A stretch of DNA of 63,391 nt, filler included, from Reticulomyxa filosa (lineage: Eukaryota; Protista; Foraminifera), in NCBI GenBank assembly GCA_000512085.1. It is 21 parts of 21 records of this genome, joined end to end, with 100 filler letters (N's around TTAATTAATTAA, not from the genome) between each part and the next. Parts side by side here need not be neighbours in the genome. Positions count along the whole stretch, not along the records: positions 50,545 to 51,997 come from ASPP01020460.1; positions 52,098 to 56,613 come from ASPP01044068.1; positions 56,714 to 62,278 come from ASPP01005056.1; positions 62,379 to 63,391 come from ASPP01046961.1; 17 more parts are not named here. The stretch is one strand, 5' to 3'. The position numbers and the translations under genes were made by a program. Below, piece by piece: positions 50,660-63,391 of this stretch. Each line of letters starts with the position of its first letter. Position 1 is the stretch's first letter. Below the pieces are notes generated by a model. The model saw only the letters and a program-made list of their open reading frames with translations, had not been told where the DNA came from and did no database searches.

Positions 50660-51419
50660 CCAACATTATTTGCACTGTTTCGAACATTCCAGGTGGACCT
50701 TGCCGCACGAAGATCACTCGTTGTAACGATCCGCATTGCTCAAACCATGACGCATTACATATGTGATCTCTTTGCAACACGGTACGTTGCTTCAAAAATG
50801 ATGCCATTTTGGACTCGTATGCTCTTCCAAACTTGGCTCGATGTCGACTCAAGATTGTGGTGTTGGCGTGTCGACACAATGTGTCGTTATGGGTGTGCAG
50901 CTTGCGTATATACGTATACGTAAGGTTGGTAACGGCGCTCACACAGTGCTTGTCGCAGTCGTCAAAGATTATCACCAACTCATACTTCCCTCGGGTCGTC
51001 AGAAACAAGCTCTCCAATAACAAGTCCATCACGTTCAATGTGTCGTACGTTTGGTATATCGCACTGTATTCTATGTCTTTTTCTATGTCGATACCCATTC
51101 TCGTCCACTCCAACACTATCTCCGGCTCCGTCTCCTTCGTCCACTCCTTTGGCGAATGCACCACCCAAGGTAAACATTGCACAGAACGCGGGTATATTCG
51201 CACATTTGAACACAAATGTCCGCCATAATACTCTTCTGTCTCACAGCTTTCTGTCACACTTACATTACCCTGGTCCACCACTATCGCAAGATGGCTCTCC
51301 TCTTGCGCATGTTCCGTATATAACTCAGAAAATCGAAAGGAAAAGAAAAAGCCAAACAATACCAGGATTATAAAACACAAACAAAGCCTATACCTTAGGT
51401 ATGATGATGTATTAGTCAT
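50660..51419 (-). CDS. Type II membrane glycosyltransferase, GT2/GT-A-like (first exon)
   Basis: N-terminal TM; YSAIYQTYD..LLLESLF..YELVIIFDDCD follows the GT2 beta1 / EIIVVDD pattern. Confidence 0.6.
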
Positions 51420-51759
51420 TTTTATTTAAAAGTTCACTTGTTCACAACATTAGTTTTCAAACTCTAGTTTGTTAATGGTGTTTTAACATAGCATGGGCTT
51501 GTTTTAACGTGAAAATTTCCTTTGACGTGTGAATTTGTTAGATAGTTAAAATTGTAAAAAAAAAAAATCACAAAAATTTTTTTTTAACAAAAATACAAAA
51601 AAAACTCACAGTCGAATGAAGAAACATGAAAGTGTTTTTAATGTATTGCAATAAATGCACAAAATATCGACAATTTTTGTAAATGATAATAATCGGCAGC
51701 TGTTAGCCTTTTTTTTTTTTTTTTGGGCTTCGATAAAGACTCAACCCTGGGTTCAATCA

Positions 51760-51997
51760 ATGAGTGAAATGGATGTCAATCAAATTCCACGCGTGAATGA
51801 CGTGGTTTTGCTAAATAATCAAGTGGGTGTAGTGAGATATGTGGGGCCTGTGAAAGGGGATAAGGGTACAAATTTCGGGGTGGAAATGAAAGAGCAGCCG
51901 TTGGAAGACGGTCACGATGGGACGATAGACGACACGCGATACTTTCACGCGACACCACAGTACGGGATATTTACAAAAGAAGTGGACAGGTACAAAA
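51760..51997 (+). CDS. CAP-Gly domain protein, N-terminus (truncated)
   Basis: VGVVRYVGPV..FGVEM..GHDGTIDDTRYF..YGIF (GKNDG-like motif reads GHDG). Confidence 0.85.
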
Positions 51998-52097
51998 NNN
52001 NNNNNNNNNNNNNNNNNNNNNNNNNNNNNNNNNNNNNNNNNTTAATTAATTAANNNNNNNNNNNNNNNNNNNNNNNNNNNNNNNNNNNNNNNNNNNN

Positions 52098-55000
52098 AGT
52101 TTCACATTTGCAGCATGTGCCAAAAATTTGATCAGAGATGTCTTTCCACATCCCGTTTCACCCATCAAAATGATAGGAGTATCAGTTCGAATTTTCATAC
52201 AAATGGCAATCATTTTCAGAAAATTGTCCAATGTCAACACATAATTTGACCATTTTTTATTATTGCACAACTTGTCCACAATTTGATCATGCAGATTTCC
52301 TGTCTTTGCATCTGCTAAGGCATCCTTTTTTTCTTCTACTTTTTCTTCTTCTTCTAATTTTTCTTCTTCTATTTTTTCTTCTTTTTCCACTTTTTTGTAA
52401 ATATTCATTGTCCCTTGCTTTGGAGTCCCCAAAACTTGCAATAACACTCTTAACTTCTTTTCTTTTTCTAGTTGTGATAGTAATTCTTTCTTTTCTTCTA
52501 TATTCGATTCTTTTACCTTTCAATTTTTTGTTACAGACTTTGATCGATGTCTAAACAAAGAAAGAAAACATAACAAAGACATCGAAACTAAAAAGATCCT
52601 TTTGTCGTTTCAAATCTTGTTGTCGATCAAATATATGAAATTTAAAATTTTTGGAATTATTTAATTGCTGTGCGTTTTGTCAATCAATATGGAGATGTTC
52701 CCTGTGATAATATATCAACAGACATAATTGTTATTCCAAAAAGCGAAAATAGACAAAATAAATTGAATAGATTTCTAACTTTCATCTTGAAAAAAGAAGA
52801 AGCAGCCTTCTCCGAGGGTACCCCATTTTTTATACAAAAGAAACTCTTCTTCTCCACTACTTTCGATTCCTTCGCATTTTTCTTTTGAACTGAGTTGGAT
52901 ATGATCGTATTGGCGACAACATAAGATTTTGGCCATATTAATCATGGATTTTATGATATTATATTCCAATTTAAAAGTAGTTTTATTCAATGGTGACCGA
53001 TTAAAGAGTGGAAACTGTTGATACAAATATTTGAAAAATGAACGTTGATGCATTGGATTTGTTTTATCATTTCAGAAAAGTACTTTTCCATAAACTGCTG
53101 CATGATCTTCTCATCAAGATTACTTGAATTGTCTATTATTCTTTTTCTTTTTTTTTTTAATCAAACCAGGAAGAACTCACGTATTTTTTTGAAGAAAACA
53201 GTAAAAATGCAAAAATACCTTGTATTTTTATCAAAGTATGGTCGTGCCCATTTAATGACCTGTTGTGCTTCCATTTCAAATTCAAATGGATTGTTTTGAC
53301 TGGACACTTGCATGACTGGGAATTGAACAACGGAAAAGAATAAATAAAAAAAGTTTGGAATTGATTCATCGAAACTAAGATCATCCAAAGTGGAGGGAAT
53401 TTCAATTAAAAAGATCATATTGGAATTGACATGGAAACATTGAGATATTTGAGAATTGGAGCCAATGTGTTGCAAGAATAACAATTGGAATAAAAAGTCA
53501 TTGATTTGTGTTGAAACACAAGATGAAATGTTTAAATGATAAATGATCAATGAATTGTCTGGACAAGGATAATAACTCCGAAGGCTTTTCATTGTTTGTT
53601 CCCAATCGATATCTTTCCCATTAAATGCAACGCAAACATCTTTCACTGTCTTGTCTTTTTGACTGTGAATACTTCGGATCTTTTCAATATCTCTTTGAAT
53701 AACTCTACTTTTTCCCATTCCAACTCGTTTCGATGTATATAACTGTATCCATGGAGGCTCTATGTTAATATCATAAGATTGAGCACCAGTCCATGAATTA
53801 CGATAAAGTTGAGACAGCATTTTCTTTGGAAATTCTTGGGATGATATATTTGGAAATGAAACGTGGAATGGCTCCAAGAGTTTACACAAAGGATTTTCAG
53901 CATCGCTGGATATAACAGTAAACAGATAAAAGCAGTTTTTTAATTTTTCCAATTGAACATCATTCAACAATAGATCGTGCACAACTCGACAAACTTGCTC
54001 CAATGTCGCAAATATTAACTCTTCTGGATATATCAAGCAATACAACGGTTTTACAGAGTCATGATGCATATCAGTTCGCATTTGTATATCATTGGTGATG
54101 GCTCGAAATATCAAACAAGCAACATCCTCTTCCATTGTCTTTTCATTACAAATCAAAATGTGTTCCGCTCGTGGAATACAAGGTCGCGATTCAAATAAGC
54201 TAAGTACCTTAAATAATAGTAATTTGTCCTGAGAAAGGATCAGATTGGGTTTGCCAACATTTAATTCAATAGGATAGGTCTTTTCAATAGTATAAGTCCA
54301 TAGTGGACGAAGGATCTGTCCAAACTTTGCAATATTATCTCTGCATTCTTTAAAACCCTCTTTTTCGCTGATATCATACATATGATAACTTTCCAACACA
54401 TCGAAATCAAAATTTCTCCAATGCTGCAATATCTTGTCGACGTCTTCATCAGTAACTTCACATTTGACTTTTTGAAGAAACAATTTAATAGATTTTTGTT
54501 CTTGGAGGGAACGATTATTACTTGATGAGAGAGTGTCAATTTGACGAATTAAAGAGTGGATTTCATTGAAACGGAAATAATTGAGTGCAGGGAACAGTTC
54601 TCTTAATTGAAGATAGCATTGTTTCCATTTTGTCAATCGTTGTTTCCAAATTTTTTTACAGTTTGTAAAGACATTCATTTGCGAACTCGCAGATATAATA
54701 TCTTCACCATTGGCGTTGTGAATACGTCCTCCTTGTTTCCAAAATTCAATTCGAGCTGCGCTAATTTCTTTGCATTCTTCAAACTGTCCGATGATATATT
54801 CAATTTCGTTTAATTCGCTTTTTCTCACTCCAAGCAAAACACGATCAATTTTTTCCGCAATTTCGTGATAATGCCAAGTAGTATTGACGATTTCCAATAT
54901 CAATTCGCTGTTCTTATTTCCCTGCAACATATCTTCACAAGTTCCAAATTTCCATTCTCCATACGTCTTTGCTTCTTTGAATTGCTTCATATTTTTTTCT

Positions 55001-56613
55001 ATTTGAGCTTTGTTATCTTCGTTGACCAAGGAAGGAATATTTGCCAGATTTGTATCACAGCATTTTTTTAGCATTTCCACAAAGTTTTGGCCATTGGAAC
55101 TCAATGATAATATAGCTTTGGCTAAGTCAGTCATATTGTTACTTTTCCATAACTTTTGCATGACAGGATTCACACATTCCAAAGAACTTGCCAAATTCTG
55201 AAGATCTTGGTGGCTATTTTCTCTCAATACATGCAATATTTCCTTAAATTCTTTTTCATTTGTAAAGTTTGTATTACTTGCCAATATTTTTAGTTGATTT
55301 TCACAATCAATCAATATCTTGAAAAGGCCAGTTTCCATACAGACTTTGGCACCTTCACCCACACATTCGAAACATGTGTCATAACATTCAGCTGCTTCTT
55401 TAATAGAAATATCTTCGCTGGTCCTTGTTATTTCTTCCATTTTTTCCAATGCTTTGACAAATGCTTTCCATTGATCGTCTTCGTTTATTTTATTTTCTTT
55501 TTTTTCAGCTTCTTTTACTTCATCTTCTTTTATTTCATCTTTACAGGGATAATACTCTTTGATTCTTTCTGTCACCTCCTTTAACTCTATCCAAGGTTGG
55601 AGTTGCTCTTTTAAGTCCATCTTTTTTTTTATCTTGATTCTCACATCATTTACGATTGATTTTCTTTCTTCATCATTGAGCCGTGGAAATAAATACTTCA
55701 TTTCATCCTCTAAGCGCTTCATTATATGGTCTGTTTCATTTGACTTGGCAATGGACATCCACTCCAAATCTTTGTATTTGATGGTTCCATTTTGGAGATC
55801 CTATGCAATTTGATATGTGCAATAGTAATATGCACATCACATTATACACAGTCCCTCTCTATTTTAAAGAGAAATAAACCTGCTTAAAATCTTCCCACTT
55901 TTTATTTGAATCTTGAAACATTCTGTCGAAAATGAACAAAAGTTTGCTATTTTTGCTCGATTGATGCCCTGTTTTGTGTTTTTTCCAAATTTCATGGAAA
56001 ATGACACTATCACGCCGATCAACCATAATGTTCATGGATTGTTCATGTTCTTTCAACAGTTTAATTTCTTGGTCATAACGATTTCTGGTTTTAATAAATC
56101 CTTGCACTTCCCAATTTTCACTTTCTGTTTCGAGTTTTTTCAATTGAACGGGCAAATCTTCAATCGAAAAATCATTGTGTACTTGCTTGAACATGTCAAT
56201 CAACTTTGAAAATTGTTGATATTCTTTCACCATTTCCTCCAATCTTTGTATCATTTCCACCAATTTTTGTGGCCGTTCCACCAATTTTGTTAAATGAGAA
56301 GAAAGTTTTTTTATATCCTTCAAATGTGTCACCAAATGTTTGTAAACATGAATGGGAAGCAGATTTTCGTTTTTTGTTAAATTGGTCAACACTTTATTTA
56401 AAAAAGTAAATAATGATTCTCGCATTGGATTGTTTCGTTTAAACCATAATTCACATTTAAAGCAATAGTTTAAATTCAAATATAGCTTTTTACTTTCTGC
56501 TCCTACATTTTCTTTATTTAACTCTTCCACTTTTGGAACACCATTTTCCATTGTACGAATCACTTTCTCAAACAATTCTGACTTTTTGTCTTCACAATCT
56601 TGCATCCTTTTAA
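52098..56613 (-). CDS. RNF213/mysterin-like giant AAA+ ATPase, internal fragment, multi-exon
   Basis: YTSKRVGMGKS (first Walker A-like), IIYHLNISS..DFLFQLLFL, and YVLTLDNFLKMIAI..PIILMGETGCGKTSLIKFL (RNF213 hallmark). Both ends truncated. Confidence 0.85.
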
Positions 56614-58109
56614 NNNNNNNNNNNNNNNNNNNNNNNNNNNNNNNNNNNNNNNNNNNNTTAATTAATTAANNNNNNNNNNNNNNNNNNNNNNNNNNNNNNN
56701 NNNNNNNNNNNNNTTATTGCTGGTGATTTAAAAAACTTTTGTTGTGGCGGAGAGAAATTTATCTGTTGTTTTTTTTAATTTTAGTTACTCATATGAAATT
56801 CGCGTACATATTATTTGCATAAACGAAAAAAAGTGAATTTTAAGTATGCAATTACTTAGCAAACTTTTACCATTGCGTCTTACTTATATTTTTTTTGTGC
56901 AAATGTAGTTGTCGTTGTATAATTTTTTGTTGTTGTAAAGCTTATTATTTTGCTGATTGCAATTAGTTGATGACTTTTTTGAGAAATAATACATTTTCGT
57001 GTGTGTCAGTGTGACGGTGATTATATGAAGATGATGTATAAACGTTGACATTTTTTAAAATTATTTTTCAAAATTTTGCGAGCTGTTCCAAAGTGGTAGA
57101 GATTTTATAATTTTTTGTTAAAATTGATTGAAAGATTTTTCCCTTTTTTTGTGTTGCGAGTTTTTTTTGTTGATTGCTTGTGTTTAAAAAAATTTTTTAG
57201 TAGAACTTAAGTCCTTACTGGTGACAAAATTGCTAAATTGCGCTGTTTTCAAAAATGTGCAAGTGCAAAAGCACTAATTAAAGTTGTCTTAAAAAAGCAA
57301 CCAACGTTAAAAAAAGACCAAAACAAGCTTTTTTTTGGGAAAGTGCTGTTTGTTTAGCTTTTTTGTTTCATGCTTGTAAGTATAATCAACTATTTTTTAT
57401 TTTTTTACTTTTTTGTCTTTTTTAATGAAAAATACTTACTACAATAATAAGAAAAGAAATTTTTTTTTTTGTAGAATGCAACTGTCATTGAATAAATTTT
57501 ATAATAAAAACATAGCATAACCAATACATTTGCTTTTAAGAATTGCGTGATGTATGTTGCTTGTGTTAAGTACGAGATTAGTCCATTTTAATGTGCAAAC
57601 AGTGGATGATTTCCTCGCTTTGAGAGACTATAACATATACTTTACGTTGTGTACTTGTTTGAGACGAGGCAATCAAGTAAATGTTTTATTGATATTGGTA
57701 TTTAACTTTTGTATCTAAAAAAGCTGTTGCGAAAAAATTTTTTTGTAAAACGGCTCAAACTAAAAATTTAACAAGTGGAATTTGTTAGTTTTTAACCCAC
57801 TAAAACATTGGAAAATTTGTATGTCGAAGAATTAAAGTTTTGTTCGATTTTTTAATTTTTTTATGTGAATAGAATTGATTAGTGATCAAAGCAATGGCAA
57901 ATTTTTTTTAAAAAAGTATGTATTTGATTTGTAATATTCGGATTTACCATTTAAAAGAACAATATCTGCGAATATTTTTTAAAAGGCTGCCTCAATTGTT
58001 TAATTTTTTCTATGCATGATTCTTTTGCAGCTCCTAATCAATTAAATTTTTGGGTTATGTACTGGAATAAAATTCTGTTACTATTGAAAAAAAGTATAAA
58101 AACAAAGTA

Positions 58110-58679
58110 ATGAAAAGTCAAGGAGTTTTTAAAAATCCGGTTGCATCTCTGTCTCCTGTCAAATTATTGACGAGCTTATCATGTCTCCGCGCTAAAATGG
58201 AACAAATGGAACAAAAACTAACGCAACAACAACACGCCCTAGAAAAATTTGAACTGAATCTTGACCAAACGAACAAGTTCTTGTTGTGGAGTCTGTTTTT
58301 CATTTCACCATAGAAATGATTATTTGTAAACTAAAACTAAACTAGAGAATTTGAGCCATTCAGGATGCATTTGGAAAAGTGCTCGGACGAAAAAGCAGCT
58401 GAGTTGAAACAGACGATCGAAAAGGTATTTGAGATAAATAAAAAGCAAAGTAAGCATTTGCAAAATGAGATGGAGGCCGCAAATAATGAATATTTAAAAC
58501 TAAATTATGACCTACAAGAGTTAAAAAACAAACTCACAACTATTGGAGAGTGTGTTGCTCAGTTGCAATCTCAGACATTTGGTAATTATGAGGAAATCAG
58601 AGCCGCAGGCAAAAAAAGCGAAAGTAAAGATGAAAGTTGTTTAGTACAAGAGCAGAATAAACCAGAAAACAAAAAATGA
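58110..58679 (+). CDS. Hypothetical coiled-coil protein, two exons
   Basis: ORFs 58110-58285 and 58346-58679 are separated by a short GT..TAG intron; Q/E/K/L heptads. Confidence 0.55.
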
Positions 58680-58810
58680 GATTTCTTGAAAAAAAAAAAG
58701 AGTAATTGATTAAGACGTTCGATTTTTTAAAAAAGAAAAAAAGAAACTACTGCTCTGAACCAAAAAGGGACCTTTTTTTAATTGTTAAGTAAATAATTTG
58801 ATCAGGTGTA

Positions 58811-59650
58811 ATGCTTCCACTTGATCGTGCATTTCAACTTGGATTACTTTTGAGACCACGAAATCATTTGGATTGGTTTGATGTTGTCTCCTTAGTGCAT
58901 GCGTTTTTAGTTGTTTTTTTGGGTTTTTAATTTTACTAGTTGAAACGTTTATGTTTTTTCACCCGAAGGAATGGACCACTTATGCAGTGGAAAAAACGTG
59001 CCTTCCAACACAACTATTGTTTTTATGTTCGATATTGTATTACATGTTTGACTTTTACGCGTTGGTTCAATTGTACCATCCAGAAGAAAAAAAAGCAAAA
59101 ACGAGTCCAATCAGTCAGCCAATACACTTGCAACAGCCTCCCAACACAAACAGTGACGAGACATATTTCTATGGTTTCATTTTGCACCACATACTTGTCA
59201 TAAGTGGTTTACTGACTTGTTTATTGCAGCAAACTTGTGGCCGTGTCGTTTTATTTTGTTTCATGTTGGGTGAACTGTCCAATATCCCTCGATTGGCCCA
59301 TAAAATTATTTGTTGAGAAGTCCATTGTATATTTTTTTTTTTTTTTTAAGAAAAAAAAATAATAATAATAAGTAATAAATAATAATTCGCCCATATATAA
59401 CTACTCAGTACGAAAGCGAATGAGCGATGAGGAAATAAAAAATATCTTGCATCAGTTGTATGTGTTGCACAAAGCTTTATTCATTTGGACGAGACTTGGC
59501 TTGATACAGCTCACATGGTTTGTCATTCAACCACTGTGTCCGCCTACTATTACTTTGCTCGCATGGCTGCTGAATCTATTCAACATTGTCGCTGTCTTGG
59601 TTCAATGGCGATTTAATGATCATCGAATTTATCACAAAACTAAAAATTGA
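58811..59650 (+). CDS. TLC (TRAM/LAG1/CLN8) domain membrane protein
   Basis: VSLVHA, SILYYMFDF, FILHHI, LGELSNIP, LFIWTRL. One homopolymer frameshift near 58925 and one intron at about 59320-59409. Confidence 0.75.
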
Positions 59651-60131
59651 TTTTTTTTTTTTTTTTTAATATCCACACATTTTTTTTGTTTTTAAAAGTG
59701 TCGATCGATCCTTATTACCAAACACTTTTTAAGAATATCCATATTCATTTCCAAGATTCAAATGTCCTAAGTTTGATGAATACCACACCCTTTAAAATGT
59801 CTTTGCAAGACTTGTCTTTAAAAAAAAAAAAAAAGAAGCAAATGGCTTGTGATCTATTTTAAATGATTTTTAAACATATTTTTAATTTCGGAGTGAACTT
59901 TGCCAAGCTGGAGACAACTTAATTCAAGTATCACTCAATTTTTTTTTTTTAATAATAAAAATTTTAAAAAAGAAGATGACAGCACCAGGACACAATTTTG
60001 AAAAAGAAAGATTGTCGAAGAAAGAGCTTGTTGTGAACGATATGCACGACACGATGATACATGTATCCGATTACAAAATGCAAAAAAAAAAAAAAAAAAA
60101 AGATTAGAAAAAGAGTTTCGCTCCAATCTTA

Positions 60132-61057
60132 TCAATCTTTCCAAACCGAGGAATGTTGGATAAGACCCCCTTTTAAATTGCTTTCAACACAGTAATCCAA
60201 AAACTTGGGTTTTTGTGATTTTTTTGTGCACACCGTCCATAATCTTCGCAAACTCTTCAACGCTTTTTCCATTTCCCAATCTGGGGTTGTACCTCTTTTC
60301 TTCGCCAATGGTCGAGTTCAGTTCGCCAACATAGTTATGGCCCGGCCACACAATGCATTCGTCAGGTAAGGTGAACAGCTTTTCGTTTACCATTTTATGC
60401 AACAGCTTGCAGTCTCCCCCTTGAAAGTCTTAATATATTAGTGTATATATACACATATATATATGTATATATATATTTTTTTTTTTGGTTCAGATTTTTA
60501 AAAAAAAAAAGAGAACTCCATCGGACACATAATATACATATATATTATATACATATAATATAATATGTACATATATGACATTTATAATGTGTATATGTTT
60601 GATAGAAATTACCTGTGCGTCCACAGCCACGGATTAAAAGTGCATCTCCTGTGAATACCATTTCTTTGTTGGGCACGGTCACAAAACTGAAACAGCTTTG
60701 TGTGTGACCCGGAGTGTGCAACGACAATAACTGCACGTCTCCGATTTGGAGGATCTCGTTGTCTTTGATCACGCGATCGCATAGACAGTTCGGATCGCTC
60801 GTTATTGACTTTATGTCTGACTTCAGAGATTTCAGCTTGTTCGCACTTGTCACGTGGTCGGCGTGGATGTGTGTCTCCAACACATATTTTATATCCACGT
60901 TCATTTCTTTCGCGATCCTTAGGTCCGATTCGCACCGGTCCAAGCAAGAATCTATTAACAGTCCTACTCTCGTTCTTGGGCAACCCAATATATATGTGTA
61001 GGTTGAAGTGCGCAATTCCATCAGCTGACGGAAAATATAACGATTGAATAATGACAT
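60132..61057 (-). CDS. ETHE1: Persulfide dioxygenase ETHE1 (metallo-beta-lactamase fold)
   Basis: IFRQL..TSTYTYILG, ETHIHADH, HTPGHT, FTGDALLIRGCGRT | DFQGG, WPGHNY, STIGEEKRYNPRL. Removing one A near 60212 restores C-terminal KPKFLDYCVESNLKGG...* at 60132. Confidence 0.92.
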
Positions 61058-61649
61058 GACCACTTATCAATGAATTTGATGTTCAAACTATTGCCGGATT
61101 TTTCCCCCTGAGAAACTGCGATCAGTTTTTTCTTTTAGACTTGTTTCATTTTCTTTTTGTTGTAGTTAAAGGGAATGTCTGTATCATTGCGCCAAATAAA
61201 GATAGTACCGTTAAGAGCAGTTAAAAATTAAAACAAAGTACACTTTAGTACTTAAAAGTATTGAAACGAGACATATCTACAATTAAAAAGAATATATTGA
61301 AGTTTTTTGTAACATATTTAAAATTATTGATATGAACGTTTGTCTGTTTGTAATTTTGATCATGCCAATATTGTTATCGAAGGAACTAAATCAAATTGCT
61401 TGATATTCAACTATTGCAACAGTTCAAAGATATAGCTATCGCTCTTTGTAAGTTTTATAGAAATTAACATAAATGCCTTATCTGATTGTTTGTGGCTACT
61501 ACAACGTAAAGGGAATAAGGCAAAATAAAAACCACTCACTAAAACACTTTGGAGGCAAGAAACAGCCTACCACACAACAAACAACCCTCTAGCAACTAAG
61601 CTGGAGCCATTTTTTTTTTGGGAGATTAAAAAAAAAAAAAAAAACATAG

Positions 61650-62221
61650 ACACAGCAACACATGCCCACTATCCCCACAGTAGTATATGAATTTGTGAGC
61701 TTGAATTACAATTGGCCACAAGGGGTAACGAGAGAATTGGCCATTGCAAGTGGAGAGTTTATAGTAAATAATAATATAATAACAGGGCTGAAAGTGTATA
61801 GCTCGCGAGTGTTTGTAACAGTGCCAAGATGGAAAGCAGGAGTTCCGTCGACACTGAATGAAATTATTCCCAACACAGTAGGGAACGGTATGGACCAGTA
61901 TATATTGAATCCGTTTCCGTCGTGGGAAATGCAGCAAACAGGCAACTGCAGTTGTTTTCAGTACGTGCAATCAATGGAAATCGATCCATATGGACGGATG
62001 TGGATCATTGACACAGGCCGAATCAATTTCTTAGACACCACACCAGACAATAGTTGTCCGCCGAAGATTGTGTTGTGGGACCTAAACACAAATACAATGC
62101 TGTCCACTTACACATTTCCAAACAGTGTCGCTCCTTACAACTCGACATTCCTAAACGACATTGTGGTGGACATTACAAACGAGATCGCATACATCTCTGA
62201 TGTTTTAGGACCACAACCAGG
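61650..62221 (+). CDS. Yellow / major royal jelly protein family, partial
   Basis: RVFVTVPRWKAGVPSTLN, LNPFPSWEMQ, VQSMEIDPYGRMWIIDTG, CPPKIVLWDLNT, FLNDIVVD, AYISD. A possible upstream exon at 61473-61505 is in phase. Confidence 0.92.
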
Positions 62222-63391
62222 TACATAAAAAAAAAAAAAAAAAAAAAATATGTATATGTACATGTACATGTACATGTGNNNNNNNNNNNNNNNNNNNNNN
62301 NNNNNNNNNNNNNNNNNNNNNNTTAATTAATTAANNNNNNNNNNNNNNNNNNNNNNNNNNNNNNNNNNNNNNNNNNNNGGTAAATTATTCATCAGTTCTA
62401 ACGATTTCTTATTAAAGAAAGAGAGGGTAGCCACTTGTTCCATTTAATTCAACCGACTGTTCTTTTTCTTCTTTTAATGCAATATTTGACCATGTACGAT
62501 TTGATCTTGGATGTCATGTTCAACTCGTAATCATGCAGCTATCGAAAATATGGGATATTTGTTCGGGTTGATGATAAGCGTACCGATTCTTTGTAATACT
62601 TGCTCGAGATTGATGAATTTTCCTCGGTTTGAAAATTGACTGTTTGGACAAATATGGTCCAATGCAAGTCAATTTGAAAACCCTTCTAAAAATGTCTTGG
62701 AAGCGCATTTTGTCCAAACGAATATCTGGTATATTTTTGTTTGTATTGTATAGTGCAATTATCGTTGCTGTGTGTGGATTTTTTGATTGGTATTTGTAAT
62801 TGAGAAGCGTTACCAGAGTATTGTTGAATGTTGAACCAAAGGATTGAATTACATGTTTGCACACAGTAGCTTCATGCAAGCAACAAATACACATTATTTT
62901 TCTGCATTGGTACGTTCCAGATGTTGGCATCGCGCAAAAATGTAGCGATTGAATAGAAGTTGGATCGAACGAGAATAATATTGTTGAATATATCCATTGC
63001 ACCCATTACTTCTTATCATTAATTTAATTCACATAACTCCAAATTGAAATACTTGCCAATTTCTTCACCAAAGATGATCCGATTTTCGATTTCTATAATG
63101 TGGTACGTATTTAATTTTTTTTGAACAAACACAAACAAGAAAAATAACTTAACTGGATCGATATCCTTGAGCGGGACAAATCCATTATTTTTTTTCAATA
63201 AAAAATTAAAAATAACATTTATATAATAACTTTTTTTATTCTTATTCTTTTCTTTTTTTTTTCACTTTCACTTATTTTTTTTTTCTATTTTATTAATTAT
63301 TTTCTTTCTTCTTTTTTTTTCTTTCATTCATTATTTTCTTTATTATAATTTTTTTTTCTAATTCTTTTTTTTCCATCTTTTTTCTTATTTT

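Noticed and set aside
56714-58100. 1.4-kb ORF-free T-rich region
   Set aside because: No repeat, RNA gene or coding relic recognised; treated as ordinary intergenic DNA.
32477-62278. Apparent immunity/detox gene cluster (GILT, ARH, RNF213, ETHE1, yellow)
   Set aside because: The genes lie on different contigs joined artificially, so adjacency across spacers is meaningless.
1001-62378. Regularly recurring TTAATTAATTAA flanked by N runs as a biological repeat or CRISPR-like array
   Set aside because: Fixed 44N-12-44N format with six-frame stops; an artificial linker.

Overview
This window is not one locus. It is a concatenation of 21 short, unrelated eukaryotic contigs joined by 20 identical artificial 100-nt spacers (N44-TTAATTAATTAA-N44, stops in all six frames), so gene neighbourhood only has meaning inside a contig. 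The DNA is AT-rich and intron-rich, with poly(T)/poly(A) and (TA)n-laden introns, decayed WD40/Kelch copies and RNF213-like genes. That pattern is most consistent with a foraminiferan draft genome such as Reticulomyxa filosa (inference, not checked). Several single-base homopolymer frameshifts look like sequencing error. Recognisable genes, many truncated at contig ends: a 3xKH PCBP-like protein, PIG-H, MO25/CAB39, an ARF GTPase with an N-terminal extension, an epoxide hydrolase, a U2SURP-like fragment, a PTEN/auxilin-like fragment, a CH-CH coiled-coil protein, a GGC1-type mitochondrial carrier, GILT, an EXS/XPR1 protein, an ADP-ribosylglycohydrolase-fold protein, 3-hydroxybutyrate dehydrogenase, a GT2-like enzyme, a CAP-Gly protein, an RNF213-like AAA+ protein, a TLC protein, ETHE1 and a yellow/MRJP protein. 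Pseudogenes include a USP, a transaldolase, WD40 and Kelch relics. The most interesting observations are: (i) a compact, atypical contig with two paralogous SIM+RING (STUbL-like) genes, one split by an in-frame TAA; (ii) a 1513-bp contig with identical 100-nt ends (circle or tandem unit); (iii) a tandem pair of small secreted 6-Cys Gly/Ala-rich peptide genes with conserved introns; (iv) an ARH-fold protein that has lost its metal-binding aspartates; (v) a transaldolase ending in SKL; (vi) a tandemly duplicated 48-nt exon; and (vii) introns with A-rich rather than pyrimidine-rich 3' ends.
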